A DNA stretch of 63,193 nucleotides, counting the filler, from Globobulimina sp. (lineage: Eukaryota): assembly GCA_003354225.1 (NCBI GenBank). It is 27 parts of 27 records of this genome, joined end to end, with 100 filler letters (N's around TTAATTAATTAA, not from the genome) between each part and the next. Parts side by side here need not be neighbours in the genome. Positions count along the whole stretch, not along the records: positions 35,177 to 37,420 come from PIVH01007924.1; positions 37,521 to 39,763 come from PIVH01007925.1; positions 39,864 to 42,106 come from PIVH01007926.1; positions 42,207 to 44,449 come from PIVH01007927.1; positions 44,550 to 46,792 come from PIVH01007928.1; positions 46,893 to 49,135 come from PIVH01007929.1; 21 more parts are not named here. One strand, 5' to 3'. The notes under the pieces were generated by a model. That model did not search any database, had not been told where the DNA came from, and saw nothing but the letters and a program-made list of their open reading frames with translations. Each line of letters begins with the position of its first letter. Positions within the stretch are counted from its first letter, which is position 1. Positions 35,424 to 46,924 of the stretch are shown here, one piece after another. Made by a program: the position numbers and the translations under genes.

Positions 35424-37420
35424 ATGTCAACGTTAAACACTTATTCTTGGGAAGAAGTTGCTAAGCACAATGCGATAACTGATTGCTGGGTTGTTATCAA
35501 TTTCACAGTATACGATGTCACTGCGTTTCTAACCCACCACCCAGGCGGCAAAAAAGCCCTATTTCAAGTAGCAGGCACCGATGCAACTCATGCATATTAC
35601 CATTACCATAAACATTCGCCGTCCACATTAAAAACCTATGCTAAGCAGTACATGATTGGAATAATAAATGCCAACGACAAAAATAACAAACCTAAAACAT
35701 GCGATTCATACTTATCCTGTGGCAATCCTCCAGGCAGACAAGCTCAAGAATTAGAAGAGCAGCCACAAGAACTGCCACACAATTACGGTCCCTCCAAGCA
35801 TCCAAAAGATATCATCCAACCCTCCACCATGTCATCCATTAAAAACACAGTGGTTGCCTCCACATTTGACATTGTTGGCAAAATGATAAATTTGGCGTCC
35901 ACCTGTATTGTTGAGCCGTTATTAGCGGCAGAAAAATATGTCCGTCCCATCCGAGGCATCCCTTTGAATGCGGATGGAAGTCCGACCCGCGTCGCTATCA
36001 TAGGCGCCGGCTGTGCAGGTTTGTGCATGTTTTAATTGTGCTGTGATGTGTTAATCAAATCATAAATACTAAACACGACAGGATTGAGTGCAGCGTATTT
36101 GTTGAACAAAACAGAAGGATTTGATGTGACTGTTTATGAGACGCAGCCTGTGTTAGGTGGCCATGCCTATACTTACGAGTATAACAGTTCTGCGCCAACC
36201 GGCAATCAGAAGATATATATCGATATGGGGTACATCTTCAGCGGTTATTACACCTATTCCAATATTGTCGAGTTGATGGCAGAAGTCGGCGCTTCCCCAA
36301 TCGACTCAGAATTGAGGTACTGCAGTTTTTGTGCGCTTTGCTTGATATTAAATTATCTATTTCTGACCGTGTATTTGCATGACAGTACGTTGGCGGATGT
36401 GGATGGTTATCAATATGCGTCTGACAGTGCGGGCATTTGCAAAGAAACCAACAGCGGTTTGCCCAAAGACCCAGTATGGATGCATCCGACCGGCAGATCG
36501 GAATGCATTCGCTTCCAAAAGCTATGCGAAAGATTTTATGGCAATCCCATGTTTAATCTGATTCCCTTCCATATATTTCTGAGCACATTTGGCTTCTCGC
36601 AGTCGTTTCGGAACTTATATTTGAAGCCGACATTGGTGCTATTATTCATTGGCGAACATATGGTGTTTGACATGCCCGCTCGTCTCATATTTAATATGTT
36701 TGCCGGCGACAACAAACAGGCTGACTTAATACATGGTTTTCCCTGTTTTACCATCAAGGATGGTACGAATGATTGGTTGCAGAAATTAGCAAAAACGTTG
36801 CCGGAAAACACGGTTTACTTAAATAGCGCGGTCAGACAAGTGATTCGGACCACTGTCAATGGCTCGAATACTGGCAAAGTCATTGTGATGGCGGAGGGTG
36901 AGATAGCAGATAAATATGGGCGCGGCACACAGATTTATGACCATGTTATATTTAGTTGCGGTGCCAAAGCCGCAGCATTGGTATTGCGGAAGAAATCGTT
37001 TTTGGAAAAATATATTTTCAGTCAAATTCGGTACGAGACTGGAGCTGTTTTGGTGGTGCACAAAGACCAGTCATTTATAACGCAATTTGGGGATAAAAAG
37101 AATTTGAGGAATTTTAATTATCGCAGTATTTCGTCGTCGCCACAGTGTGAAGTGACTGGTTTTATGCATCAAATATCACAGCAAAAAGCCACGGATGAAG
37201 CAGTTCAACCGATATTATCGTTGAATCCGTTACGGAAACCAAAAGGGGAGATTTTTCATGAAAAGTATTGTGTGATACATCAGGAGGACTTATGGCATTT
37301 GGTAGTGACACGGGTGCTGTTGCCGCAAATTCAAGGAAGTGGGAATGTGTGGTATGGGGCGACTTGGACCAATTGGATTGGACATGCAAGCGGCGTGGAT
37401 GCGGGAATGGTGATTTGCTG
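35424..37420 (+). CDS. Cytochrome b5 domain fused to an FAD-dependent oxidoreductase (COG2907/amine-oxidase-like); introns 36019-36081 and 36317-36385; 3'-truncated
   Basis: b5 heme motif (WEEVAKHN...DCWVVI...VYDVTAFLTHHPGG...AGTDAT); spliced Rossmann motif RVAIIGAGCAGLSAAYLL...VYE...LGGHAYT...IDMGYI; IQGSGNVWYGATW...GH. Confidence 0.88.
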
Positions 37421-37593
37421 NNNNNNNNNNNNNNNNNNNNNNNNNNNNNNNNNNNNNNNNNNNNTTAATTAATTAANNNNNNNNNNNNNNNNNNNNNNNN
37501 NNNNNNNNNNNNNNNNNNNNCTTAATAGCAAACTCACCAATGACAGCATCATTTTTTCTATCGGATAACTTAATATCTGCGGGCGCCTTACCA

Positions 37594-39687
37594 CTAATCA
37601 GCAGCTGTTGATAAGCGGGGGCCACGGTTTACAGTTGGTGGGAGTGATGATTGTGTATTCCAAGGAGGGGGGGTAAACAGGGGAGGTCCCATGGCACCGG
37701 GGGCGTCTGGTGATTGTATAGGTTCAGATTGTATAGTTTGACTTACTATAGGTTCTTGTGTTGGATCCGATACCGTATGTTGTTGTTGTCTTGTAGAAGA
37801 TCGTTTTGATTCAATAATAAGGTTCTTCTGAAGTGTAAATTCTGTTGTATATGAACTTTTTATTGATTCGTTGTTTTCGTATGGGTATTTTTCGTACGCA
37901 ATATTTGATGCTCGTATCGTTTCCGCTTTTGTTAAATTTTTCATCCAAGGGGCTTTCGATAAATCAAAATTTGGGTCATTTTGCATATCAGCAAATTCGA
38001 GGCGTTGTTTTCGTACAAGTGCATAGTTTCCCATATCTGTAACACGTTTATACCAAGCGTACAATTTGATAGTGTTTACTCGGTTCTTTATTTGATCATC
38101 GTTTTTTAGATCGGCAACGGACCATATATTTATGTATTGATTGAATTCGATATCGGCAATTCGTTTATTCGTATCAGTCGCATTCATATATTTCGGTATA
38201 AATTCTCGGCATAATTTCGTAAGCATAATACCCAATTTATTTTCGTGTTGTGTTCCACTTTCTAGATCAAGAGTGAAAATTTGTTTTGAATTGACTGTAT
38301 ATCCAATGCCTTGTTCTTTATCGGACATAAGAAATTTAATATTGTATTTTTCGGTTCCAATTTTTCCCATGAGTGCTGCTAACGTATTGTGTTCAGACGC
38401 TAAGGTCGTTATGAAGTCATAGTATTTATCCGTAATATAACCTCCTCGGAGCATAGATATATTTTCCGCATATCGATAGATGGGGCATTCTTGTAGTATT
38501 TGTTCAAAAAAGATTTTGTTCGATGTGTCGATAAGTCGATTTATTAGTTCATTATCGCAGCAATAGTTTGCCATACATGTCATTAGATAATGACTAAAAC
38601 TATGGAAGGTGACCAATTTTTCGGTTTCATTTATTCGTATTAATTTTCGAACGTTGACGTTATTATCCCAATGGAAAGGGCATCTTGTATCACCACCAAC
38701 CAAAATATCCGTATTTGTCCGGGGGGGTGATTGCATAATTTGTTCATTTGTTGTTGGAGCAATAGTATGTTCAGTATGTTGTATCGTACTGGGTATTGGA
38801 CCAATTCTTTGTTGTTTCGGTGTATCGTCCATCATTTTCTTCAATCGGGTGATTGTATAATGCTGTTGTTTCAATTCTTTCGTAACCTCGTCTAGTTCAG
38901 TTTTTAGTTCGGCATTTTGGTTCTGTAATCTGTTAGCGTATTGGTGGATTTTCGTACATTCTCGTTCTACAACAGCAATTGCTTTTACGTTACTTGTAAT
39001 TTCAATTTTTGATTCTTCCACTTGTTTTTCCATCTTATCTAGTTCATTTCCCATGATATTATTCGCATTTGTTAATGTATTGTTCGATGATATTAGCTGA
39101 AGCATTTTATTATCCATTTTTTGTTTAAAATCGTTCATTTTGATCCAGTTTTCAGCTTCTATACGAAATTGTCCGTCTAGATGGAATATCCATTGATTTG
39201 TCCCCAGTAATAGTTGTGACGTATCTTTCTGAAGTTTCACTATTTTCTCAAACGTATCGGTTCTTCTTAATTCTGAGATACAGTTCATTTTCAGAATACT
39301 TTTTAATGTAGTTCCGAGAGCCGTCGCATCTACTGGGGTCGTAGGGTTATTTTTACATGATTCGATATAATCTTTAATTTCATTCAATATGGAGCCGTTT
39401 TGTTGTCGATGTATTTTTTCTTCTTTTATTTCATAGCCCAACAAGATTGCCAAATTTGAAATATATTGGCATCGTTCATGTACCATTTGAATTTGTGTTT
39501 CGGTTCTAGCTTCTGGATTGATAATCCCTGACGTAATGTTTATAGTACCGTTTTGTTCAGTCGTTTGATCCAAATGTTTGTCTAATTCATGTATAAATTG
39601 TTGTAACATTTTTGGTAATTCGTATACGGCCAATAGATCAGGATATACTGACAAATCTTCTGCCGGTTCCGGTAACTCAAGTGACAA
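37594..39687 (-). CDS. Intronless hypothetical protein of about 690 aa with a central coiled coil and Pro-rich C-terminus; start uncertain
   Basis: Long ORF with no recognised domain; its 5' end overlaps a palindromic element. Confidence 0.65.
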   Translation of the reverse strand: MSLELPEPAEDLSVYPDLLAVYELPKMLQQFIHELDKHLDQTTEQNGTINITSGIINPEARTETQIQMVHERCQYISNLAILLGYEIKEEKIHRQQNGSILNEIKDYIESCKNNPTTPVDATALGTTLKSILKMNCISELRRTDTFEKIVKLQKDTSQLLLGTNQWIFHLDGQFRIEAENWIKMNDFKQKMDNKMLQLISSNNTLTNANNIMGNELDKMEKQVEESKIEITSNVKAIAVVERECTKIHQYANRLQNQNAELKTELDEVTKELKQQHYTITRLKKMMDDTPKQQRIGPIPSTIQHTEHTIAPTTNEQIMQSPPRTNTDILVGGDTRCPFHWDNNVNVRKLIRINETEKLVTFHSFSHYLMTCMANYCCDNELINRLIDTSNKIFFEQILQECPIYRYAENISMLRGGYITDKYYDFITTLASEHNTLAALMGKIGTEKYNIKFLMSDKEQGIGYTVNSKQIFTLDLESGTQHENKLGIMLTKLCREFIPKYMNATDTNKRIADIEFNQYINIWSVADLKNDDQIKNRVNTIKLYAWYKRVTDMGNYALVRKQRLEFADMQNDPNFDLSKAPWMKNLTKAETIRASNIAYEKYPYENNESIKSSYTTEFTLQKNLIIESKRSSTRQQQHTVSDPTQEPIVSQTIQSEPIQSPDAPGAMGPPLFTPPPWNTQSSLPPTVNRGPRLSTAAD

Positions 39688-39763
39688 AAAGTCACTTCAG
39701 TTACCAGATTTTCCGATTCCGGTAACTCAAGTGACTTTTTGCTACTTGAGTTACCGGAATCGG
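39663..39763. repeat. Tandem pair of hairpins with complementary loops (AAAAA vs TTTTT)
   Basis: 39713-39732 (CCGATTCCGGTAACTCAAGT) is the exact reverse complement of 39744-39763. A second imperfect copy at about 39667-39707 shares the left arm. Confidence 0.9.
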
Positions 39764-39863
39764 NNNNNNNNNNNNNNNNNNNNNNNNNNNNNNNNNNNNN
39801 NNNNNNNTTAATTAATTAANNNNNNNNNNNNNNNNNNNNNNNNNNNNNNNNNNNNNNNNNNNN

Positions 39864-40345
39864 CATATCAAGTAAAAAATATTGTGGTTGTTCCTCAACA
39901 TATTAATAGACAGTCCATGCTGATATGGAATATTAGTCCTAACTTATTAAATATTTTGAAATATTCGCAAAATAAAAGGAGATATTTTAGTGAAGGACTT
40001 TGGAATAACTGTTGGATGCTTAGTTGTAAACCAAATGGTGAAAATGATAATGTTTATTTGACATTACATTTAATTCGGTCGCCATTTAACTTAAAAGCAG
40101 TCAATGCGTCATACGAATTGCTGGTGGAAGCAAATAATATTTTGTTTCATTTTAATCATCAGAAAAATTTTAAACCAGAACCACATAAATTTATATTGGA
40201 TATGAAAGAAGGTTTTGATAGAAGTGAAGAAAGAATATATATCTGTTCTAGAAAATTATTACAAACCTTTACCACATTAACATTCAAAGTAAATATTAAT
40301 ATTAATCTTCGCCATATCATGCTGACCATCAAACAAAAGATATAG
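39864..40345 (+). CDS. C-terminal fragment with a MATH/TRAF-like beta domain
   Basis: LIWNI...YFSE...NCWMLSCKPNG...VYLTLHL...LTFKVNINI pattern. Confidence 0.5.
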
Positions 40346-40617
40346 TACGTTTGGTGCATTCATTGCGTTGCATTTTTCAAACAAAGTGTTGTCACTATTT
40401 TTACACATCATAATTCTAAAAATATATTTATAGATTCCTTGTTATTTACCTCATACTAAATCCCGCCATGCAGTCCATTACATGAGTCATTTGGTGCTAT
40501 TTATGTATTCTATTTTTTTTGAATTATTAAAATGTAGTTTATTTTTGGAACACTAACTCTATTTTTGCATACTCAGCTAACTTTTATACTAAATGACTGC
40601 ACTGCTTCAACAAAGAA

Positions 40618-42106
40618 ATGCGACATTTTGATCGGAATTTGTATCGATCAGTGCGTTCAACCTCAACACCCACATCATCAGATATGCTCGATGAAACTGC
40701 TGAAAATGAACATATGACACAACTTGAAATGTACCACACATTTATTCAACCGTCACCAATGAAAGCATCCCATCATAATGAATCTAAACAATTATTGTCA
40801 CCACACCATGAAAAACCAAAAAAGGAATTTAAAACACGTCATAATAATAAGAGGCAAAATGATCATGTTTTTATTTTTGATGTTTTTCGACGTTGTAAAC
40901 GAAATAGAAAAAAAATAATTGATAACAGAGAAAGAAGCATTCGTTACAACAATGGAAAAGCCATTAAAGTGTATCGAGAAAATAAGAAATATTCAGTTGG
41001 TAAATTTGCCAGAAATACAATAAACAATCAAAAATATTCGCTATTGACATTTTTGCCATTGTTCTTATTTGAACAATTTAACCAATTTTGGAATTTGTAT
41101 TTTTTGTTTGTGGCAATAACGCAATTACCAATCCCAGGGAGCATATTTGAAGATTTCTGGATCGGATATTGGTGGACCACAGTACTTCCACTTGTTTTTG
41201 TTGTGTCCATTTCAATGATTCGTGAGTTATTTGATGATTTGCAAAGAAAAAAAAGAGATTATTTAATAAATCATGAAAAATATCAAAGAATAAGTATTGC
41301 AAATGGTACTATTGAATCCGTAGCATCGTGCAACATTAAAATTGGTGATTTGATAATATTGAACGAAGGGGATCGCGTACCGTGTGATATGATATTATTG
41401 TATTGCGAGAATGAGAATGGTTCGACCTTTATTAAAACAGATCAATTGGATGGCGAAACCGATTGGAAATTACGAAGAGCCATACCATCCATACAAAAAT
41501 ATTACAAAAAAGCAAATTTATTTCAATTAAATGGCATATTAAGTGTAGAAGCACCACATTTAGATATTTATCAATTTATCGCTAAATTTGAACATTTCTC
41601 AGATAATACTAATGAAACCGTTGTCGATGCATTGAATTTAGAAAATTCACTGTGGGGATCCACAAGAATTGCATCCGAAGGAGTTTGTATTGGCTGTTGT
41701 GTGTATTTGGGAAAAGAGAGCCGTCAGCAATTAAATGCAAACGATAAAACCGTAAAAATTGGTCTCATTGATAAGGAATTAAACAAAGTCACAAAAATAT
41801 TAGTTTTCATGTTAGTTTGTATAGCATTCATATTAACAGTTTCAAAAGGTATTCATTTAAATAGTTATTTGTATTTTGGTCGCTTTTTATTGATCTTATC
41901 AGATATCATACCCTTATCGTTGAGGGTTTATATGGATCTGTCAAAAATATGGTTTTCTTTTATGATTCAAAGAGACAAATTAATTCCAAATACAACTGTT
42001 CGATGCACCACAATTCCGGAAGAATTAGGAAGAATTCAATATTTATTTAGTGACAAAACCGGCACGTTAACTAAGAATGAAATGATTTTCCAAAAACTTC
42101 AGTTAA
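40618..42106 (+). CDS. P4-type ATPase (phospholipid flippase), ATP9/Neo1 class, 3'-truncated
   Basis: NTINNQKYS, GDRVPCDMILL, FIKTDQLDGETDWKLRRA, IIPLSLRV, TIPEELGRIQYLFSDKTGTLTKNEM. Confidence 0.95.
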
Positions 42107-42248
42107 NNNNNNNNNNNNNNNNNNNNNNNNNNNNNNNNNNNNNNNNNNNNTTAATTAATTAANNNNNNNNNNNNNNNNNNNNNNNNNNNNNNNNNNNNNN
42201 NNNNNNACTGTTTGGCAAACAGTGTATTTACTGTTTGGTCCTGTTTTT

Positions 42249-43626
42249 TTATGTAAACACAGTGGAGTTGGATATTGCTTTTTTGATAGGCAAAACTTGG
42301 TGTACCCAAAAATGTGTTAACACGCCATGGTATAAGTGTGGCAAATTGTCATTTTCTTCAAATTGCGTTCCAAATATATTTGTGCTCATTTTTAAATACT
42401 GTCCCAAACAAAAAAACTCGTTGTGTCTCAATCCTTTATCCTGTCGATATGTTTTGGAAAATTCATATTGTAATTGATCCATATTACAATATACCATTAA
42501 TGATAAGATATGAGCAATTTTTATATGTGCAATTGCAATATTTCTATATTGATCCATTAATGGACGATACTTTTCTTTACAATGTCTTGAATTAAAATGA
42601 ATCTTTGCCTTTGCATAGGCACTGTCAAATTGCTCCATCGTAATACGTGATATCAGATTGTTTGTTAATTCATGTTTTAATGACTGCCATTTACGAAATA
42701 CACGAATAAAGTCTTTGTTATGCCAATCATGTCTTTGTTCGCAGTCATATCCATATTTGAAATGATAACCAAAATCATACATTTTGTTGGATTTCTCTTC
42801 ACTTTGCGAGCTCTCAACGTTTGCCAATATTTGAGTAAATCTGTCTGCTCTTCGCTGATTTAGAGCATTTTGTTTGAGTAAATCTGTCTGCTTATTTTGT
42901 TTGACACTTAATGTCTGATTTATTTTCAGTGCATATTTATCAATTAATTGATTGGTTATTTTATCTGTCACTAAATAATCATTTGTTTTTTCTTCTTTTT
43001 CATTTATCAAAGTTCTCTCCTTAATGCTTAATCGATATCCAATGTCATAAAGATGTAGGAAATAACAATGGATTTTATCCAATATTTGTGAAGCAACACC
43101 ATTCGCCATATTTACATTTGATTCATTCACCATATGATTCCTCTTAAGATAGTACGAAAATTACAAAGAATATAATTATAAATCATTATTATTTACATAC
43201 CTTAAATCTGACACATTCATTAATATTACAAAAACTAAATTGATTTGCAATATATTCAAATTCATCATCATTATCATGCTCAAACATTAAATGTTGATAA
43301 GCATTGAGCATATCCAATGTATTGATACCATTATCATCAATAAATTCATTCATTATTTCAATCATTCTCTGCAAATAAACACACTCTTTTACATTTTCAC
43401 ACTCATTCATCTGCATTGCCATTGATGTATTATCTGTACATGTGTTTGTTTGTGAATTTTGTAATTGCAATAAAAATTCATCTTCGTTAAAGCGATTAAA
43501 CGGCTCTATCTCTGGTATTTCATTAACGTCATAATCATTCAGATTTGCTTTGAATTCATTGGAGTTACTTTGATCGAATGTATCTACCAATGACGTGATG
43601 ATTTCAACGCAAGAGAGATGTGCCAT
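42249..43626 (-). CDS. Hypothetical protein (two ORFs, probably one gene with an intron near 43140-43201)
   Basis: Same-strand ORFs 43189-43626 and 42249-43133, with an AAG/GTATGT donor at about 43201; motifs LDKIHCYFLH and LMVYCN...FSKTYR...LYHGV. Confidence 0.6.
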
Positions 43627-43678
43627 GTTAACTTAAGTTACTAGCTAGTCATCAGTCATCTGTGTGCATAACACTAAC

Positions 43679-44449
43679 ATGTCGTATATGCTACCCAACC
43701 ACAAGCGGTACCGCAAAAAAAGATATAAACCCAAAAGAATATCATCAACAACCACCAAACAATCAATTTCCCCCAAACGAATATTATGCAACGATCAATT
43801 TTACGGTCGAACATTTAAATGGCAGTTGGATTCCGACAAATTGAGAACATTTCTTCAAAACAAAACAACAAAGAGCAAGAATCATTCTTTGAGCGGCCAT
43901 TTTGCCGTCAATGGCATTGAATTTCAATGTGTATTGGTGAACGAAGGCGAATTAACCTCAAATGCCGTTACAACATCCTTCCAAATCAAAGTAATATTAC
44001 CTCCGTATGCTGAAGCACTCCGATGTTACATCAAAATGCAATTAAACAATTCCAAGATTGCATTCAGCAAAACAGCAACACGCGGACGTGACACCAGCGA
44101 TAATTCCCCACGACCACGCTCGCAAAAACAATATTATTTATGTAACTATCACACAAATTGGGACGCTTTTTTCGAGTTCTCCCAGTTAGCTCAATCAACA
44201 TACATCAACTCCTATTTTGCTGCCATCAATGCTGGCTATAAGTGTTTTTGGTGCATTCCGAGCAATAATACGCGTCCCACGCAGTACGTGGCTTTTTTAT
44301 TGGCTCAGATCTCGCGAAACGAGCCGCTTTTAGTCGAAGCATTGCAAATCGCACGTTCCACCGCCTTGACCTATGGCGAGAGGAATATCGACTGGACAGA
44401 AATCCGAGAATGGATCGTCGAGCCGCTCAAATCGCAGCATCCGTTGGCA
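43679..44449 (+). CDS. Hypothetical protein with basic N-terminus, 3'-truncated
   Basis: ORF open to the contig end; composition becomes more GC-rich after about 44080. Confidence 0.5.
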
Positions 44450-44591
44450 NNNNNNNNNNNNNNNNNNNNNNNNNNNNNNNNNNNNNNNNNNNNTTAATTA
44501 ATTAANNNNNNNNNNNNNNNNNNNNNNNNNNNNNNNNNNNNNNNNNNNNATTACATTCATGCAATTATGGGATATACATAACAGTGAGAAT

Positions 44592-44662
44592 ATACACTAA
44601 AAACTGATGATGATTTATTGATTCCAATGTACGTAAAAAATCATCATCAGTTTTTAGTGTAT
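44592..44662. repeat. Short inverted repeat (about 25-bp arms), MITE-like or hairpin
   Basis: ATACACTAAAAACTGATGATGATTT ... AAATCATCATCAGTTTTTAGTGTAT. Confidence 0.85.
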
Positions 44663-45068
44663 CAATAGACGTATTGATTATTGATAATTTAATGATTTTT
44701 ACGAGAGTTGAGAGTCTTGACATGTTCGGAAAATATTATCCCATGAAACATAATGATATCATTGCTAAGCCAATTGCATTTTGTTTTGTTTCGATTGAAC
44801 ATTAAACTTCCTTTTTTTGTGTTGTTTGGATTATGTGTTGCCTTATAAATAAACTGTAATGGGATATTTTTGTATGATCCTAATGCAACCTGTCTAAGGC
44901 TAAAGAATTGGGATAGCATCGCCATTCGCCAAATACTACGATGATCATCAACCATTTATGGGTCATTTGTGGAATGAGATCCAACATCAATACTGTTCTA
45001 AAATTATCCACATCTTTTTTTTACTTTGTTTTCCGCACTAAGAGTGCAAGCAAGCAAGCTGTTCAGTC

Positions 45069-46115
45069 ATGTTTTCTGGCGCCACACCTTACGGATATGC
45101 AACATTGAATACATGGGTCATAGTCTTATTATTTTCATTAAATGGGATGATAGCTATTATTACTCTTTTCAATCTGTTGTATTTGCATAAAACATTCCCG
45201 AAAATTGAAGGTACACATAAAACAATGGAAAATATAGCACCTTTGGAGAGCCACATATATCGTAAATCAATTGAAAAATATTTTTATTTGATAACAGTGA
45301 TTCCTTTATTTGTATCAATAGCATGTCATTATGGAGCACAGTTTCCAGGTGAATCAATTTGGATATTTCCTGGGATGAATATCTCGATTGCTGTGGCATA
45401 CTTATTCTTTATTAGAATGATGATCATATCATGCGATGGATGGCAAAATGTTGAAAGTATTTTAATTCATCAAAAGGATGAATGTTATTCTTGTACAGAG
45501 AGACCAATTTATAATAACTGTTGCAAACATTCATTCTGTAAATTATATTTAAGGCAGAATGCTTACAAAGGGTTACAACAACGGATTTATTTTTGTTTTT
45601 TAATAATGTTGAAACCAATCATAAATTATGCGACTGCATACTTTGAATATGATTACGGTTCGCAATATAATCAAAAATATATGCAATATATAATACGGAT
45701 ATTGACCATCTGTACCACATTAATTCCGATGCAGAATATGAAATCTTTCCATTGCACGTTATTGCCATATACGAGATTAAGCAGATCAACAATAAAAAGA
45801 CAATTTGTGTCATTTTTGGCTCCAATGTGTCAAATACAACAAGCATTGGTAGGTTTGCTGTTTAATGTGTGGCATTTTGAAGGATTTGGTAATGTACAAC
45901 GTAAATACGAATGGTGTGTTGCATATGGAATTATTTTATGTTGTGAAATGTTAATATATTCATGGTTCATTACCAAAGCATTTGATCCAAAGGATTTGCA
46001 GTTATGGCAGTATGGTGGAAGTCTTGTAACAAAAGATGAGGATCAGTTTTTGTATGAGGACCAACATAAAGGTAACATAAATTGCAGTACCATTGACATT
46101 GCACATCGACATTGA
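45069..46115 (+). CDS. TMEM184/OST-alpha (Solute_trans_a)-like 7TM protein
   Basis: About seven TM helices; VIPLFVSI, a Cys-rich loop, RQFVSF...Q and ILCCEMLI...KAF, as in this family. Confidence 0.65.
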   Translation: MFSGATPYGYATLNTWVIVLLFSLNGMIAIITLFNLLYLHKTFPKIEGTHKTMENIAPLESHIYRKSIEKYFYLITVIPLFVSIACHYGAQFPGESIWIFPGMNISIAVAYLFFIRMMIISCDGWQNVESILIHQKDECYSCTERPIYNNCCKHSFCKLYLRQNAYKGLQQRIYFCFLIMLKPIINYATAYFEYDYGSQYNQKYMQYIIRILTICTTLIPMQNMKSFHCTLLPYTRLSRSTIKRQFVSFLAPMCQIQQALVGLLFNVWHFEGFGNVQRKYEWCVAYGIILCCEMLIYSWFITKAFDPKDLQLWQYGGSLVTKDEDQFLYEDQHKGNINCSTIDIAHRH

Positions 46116-46223
46116 CATTGCAAACACAAAACAAGTGCAGTATTTTTTATACGAAATATTTACTGCCATTGTTCAGAAAAAATTAAATAAAAAACGTTTT
46201 TTTTTGAATTTAAAATTAATGCA

Positions 46224-46655
46224 ATGTCAGCGTTGGAAGAACATAAATATGAGAGACAACCATTAAATGAGAAAAATGTGATACATTACGGTGACGACAT
46301 CAGTAAAAATACTACCAAAGGTATCGGCAATGATGATATTAACATTGATGTAGTATTAAACGACCCGTTGGTTGCTCAGTTACCAAAAGCAATGATTAAA
46401 TATGTCAGAACTCCCCAACAACACAAAGCGTATGTCATTGATTTACATTTAGCACACTTGCAAAGCACAAAAAAGTGAAAAACAATAACCAGAACGGTAA
46501 CGTTTGTAAATCGTGGCTTGATTTATACGGCCATTCACATGATAATGAGCTTATTGTGCAGTGTATGTTGTTTTTATTCCTGTTGTAGAATGGTGGTGGT
46601 ACGCAAAGGCGAGATAGGATTGACACAATTTTCTGACGAACCAGAGATATTACCT
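46224..46655 (+). CDS. 5' part of a spliced gene (intron 46430-46492), possibly SPFH/band-7-like, cut off by a chimeric junction
   Basis: Splicing GC/GTATGT...CCAG/A gives ...[59 protein letters not shown]. Confidence 0.6.
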
Positions 46656-46792
46656 CACTGTCGGTAGAGCCTTGTATTTGTGGCAGGACACATGTTAGAA
46701 TGAACAAAGTTAGTGGTAGAACCGATGATATGTTGATTATCAGAGGTGTAAATGTATTTCCTTCACAAATTGAAAGTGTTTTAATGAAATCA
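46637..46792 (+). CDS. paaK: Fragment of bacterial-type phenylacetate-CoA ligase; absent from the ORF track
   Basis: Translated by hand: [51 protein letters not shown], the PaaK C-terminal signature. A TGA lies immediately upstream in this frame. Confidence 0.88.
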
Positions 46793-46924
46793 NNNNNNNN
46801 NNNNNNNNNNNNNNNNNNNNNNNNNNNNNNNNNNNNTTAATTAATTAANNNNNNNNNNNNNNNNNNNNNNNNNNNNNNNNNNNNNNNNNNNNGTATTTCA
46901 CTGTTTATCAGATATTAGTTATAT

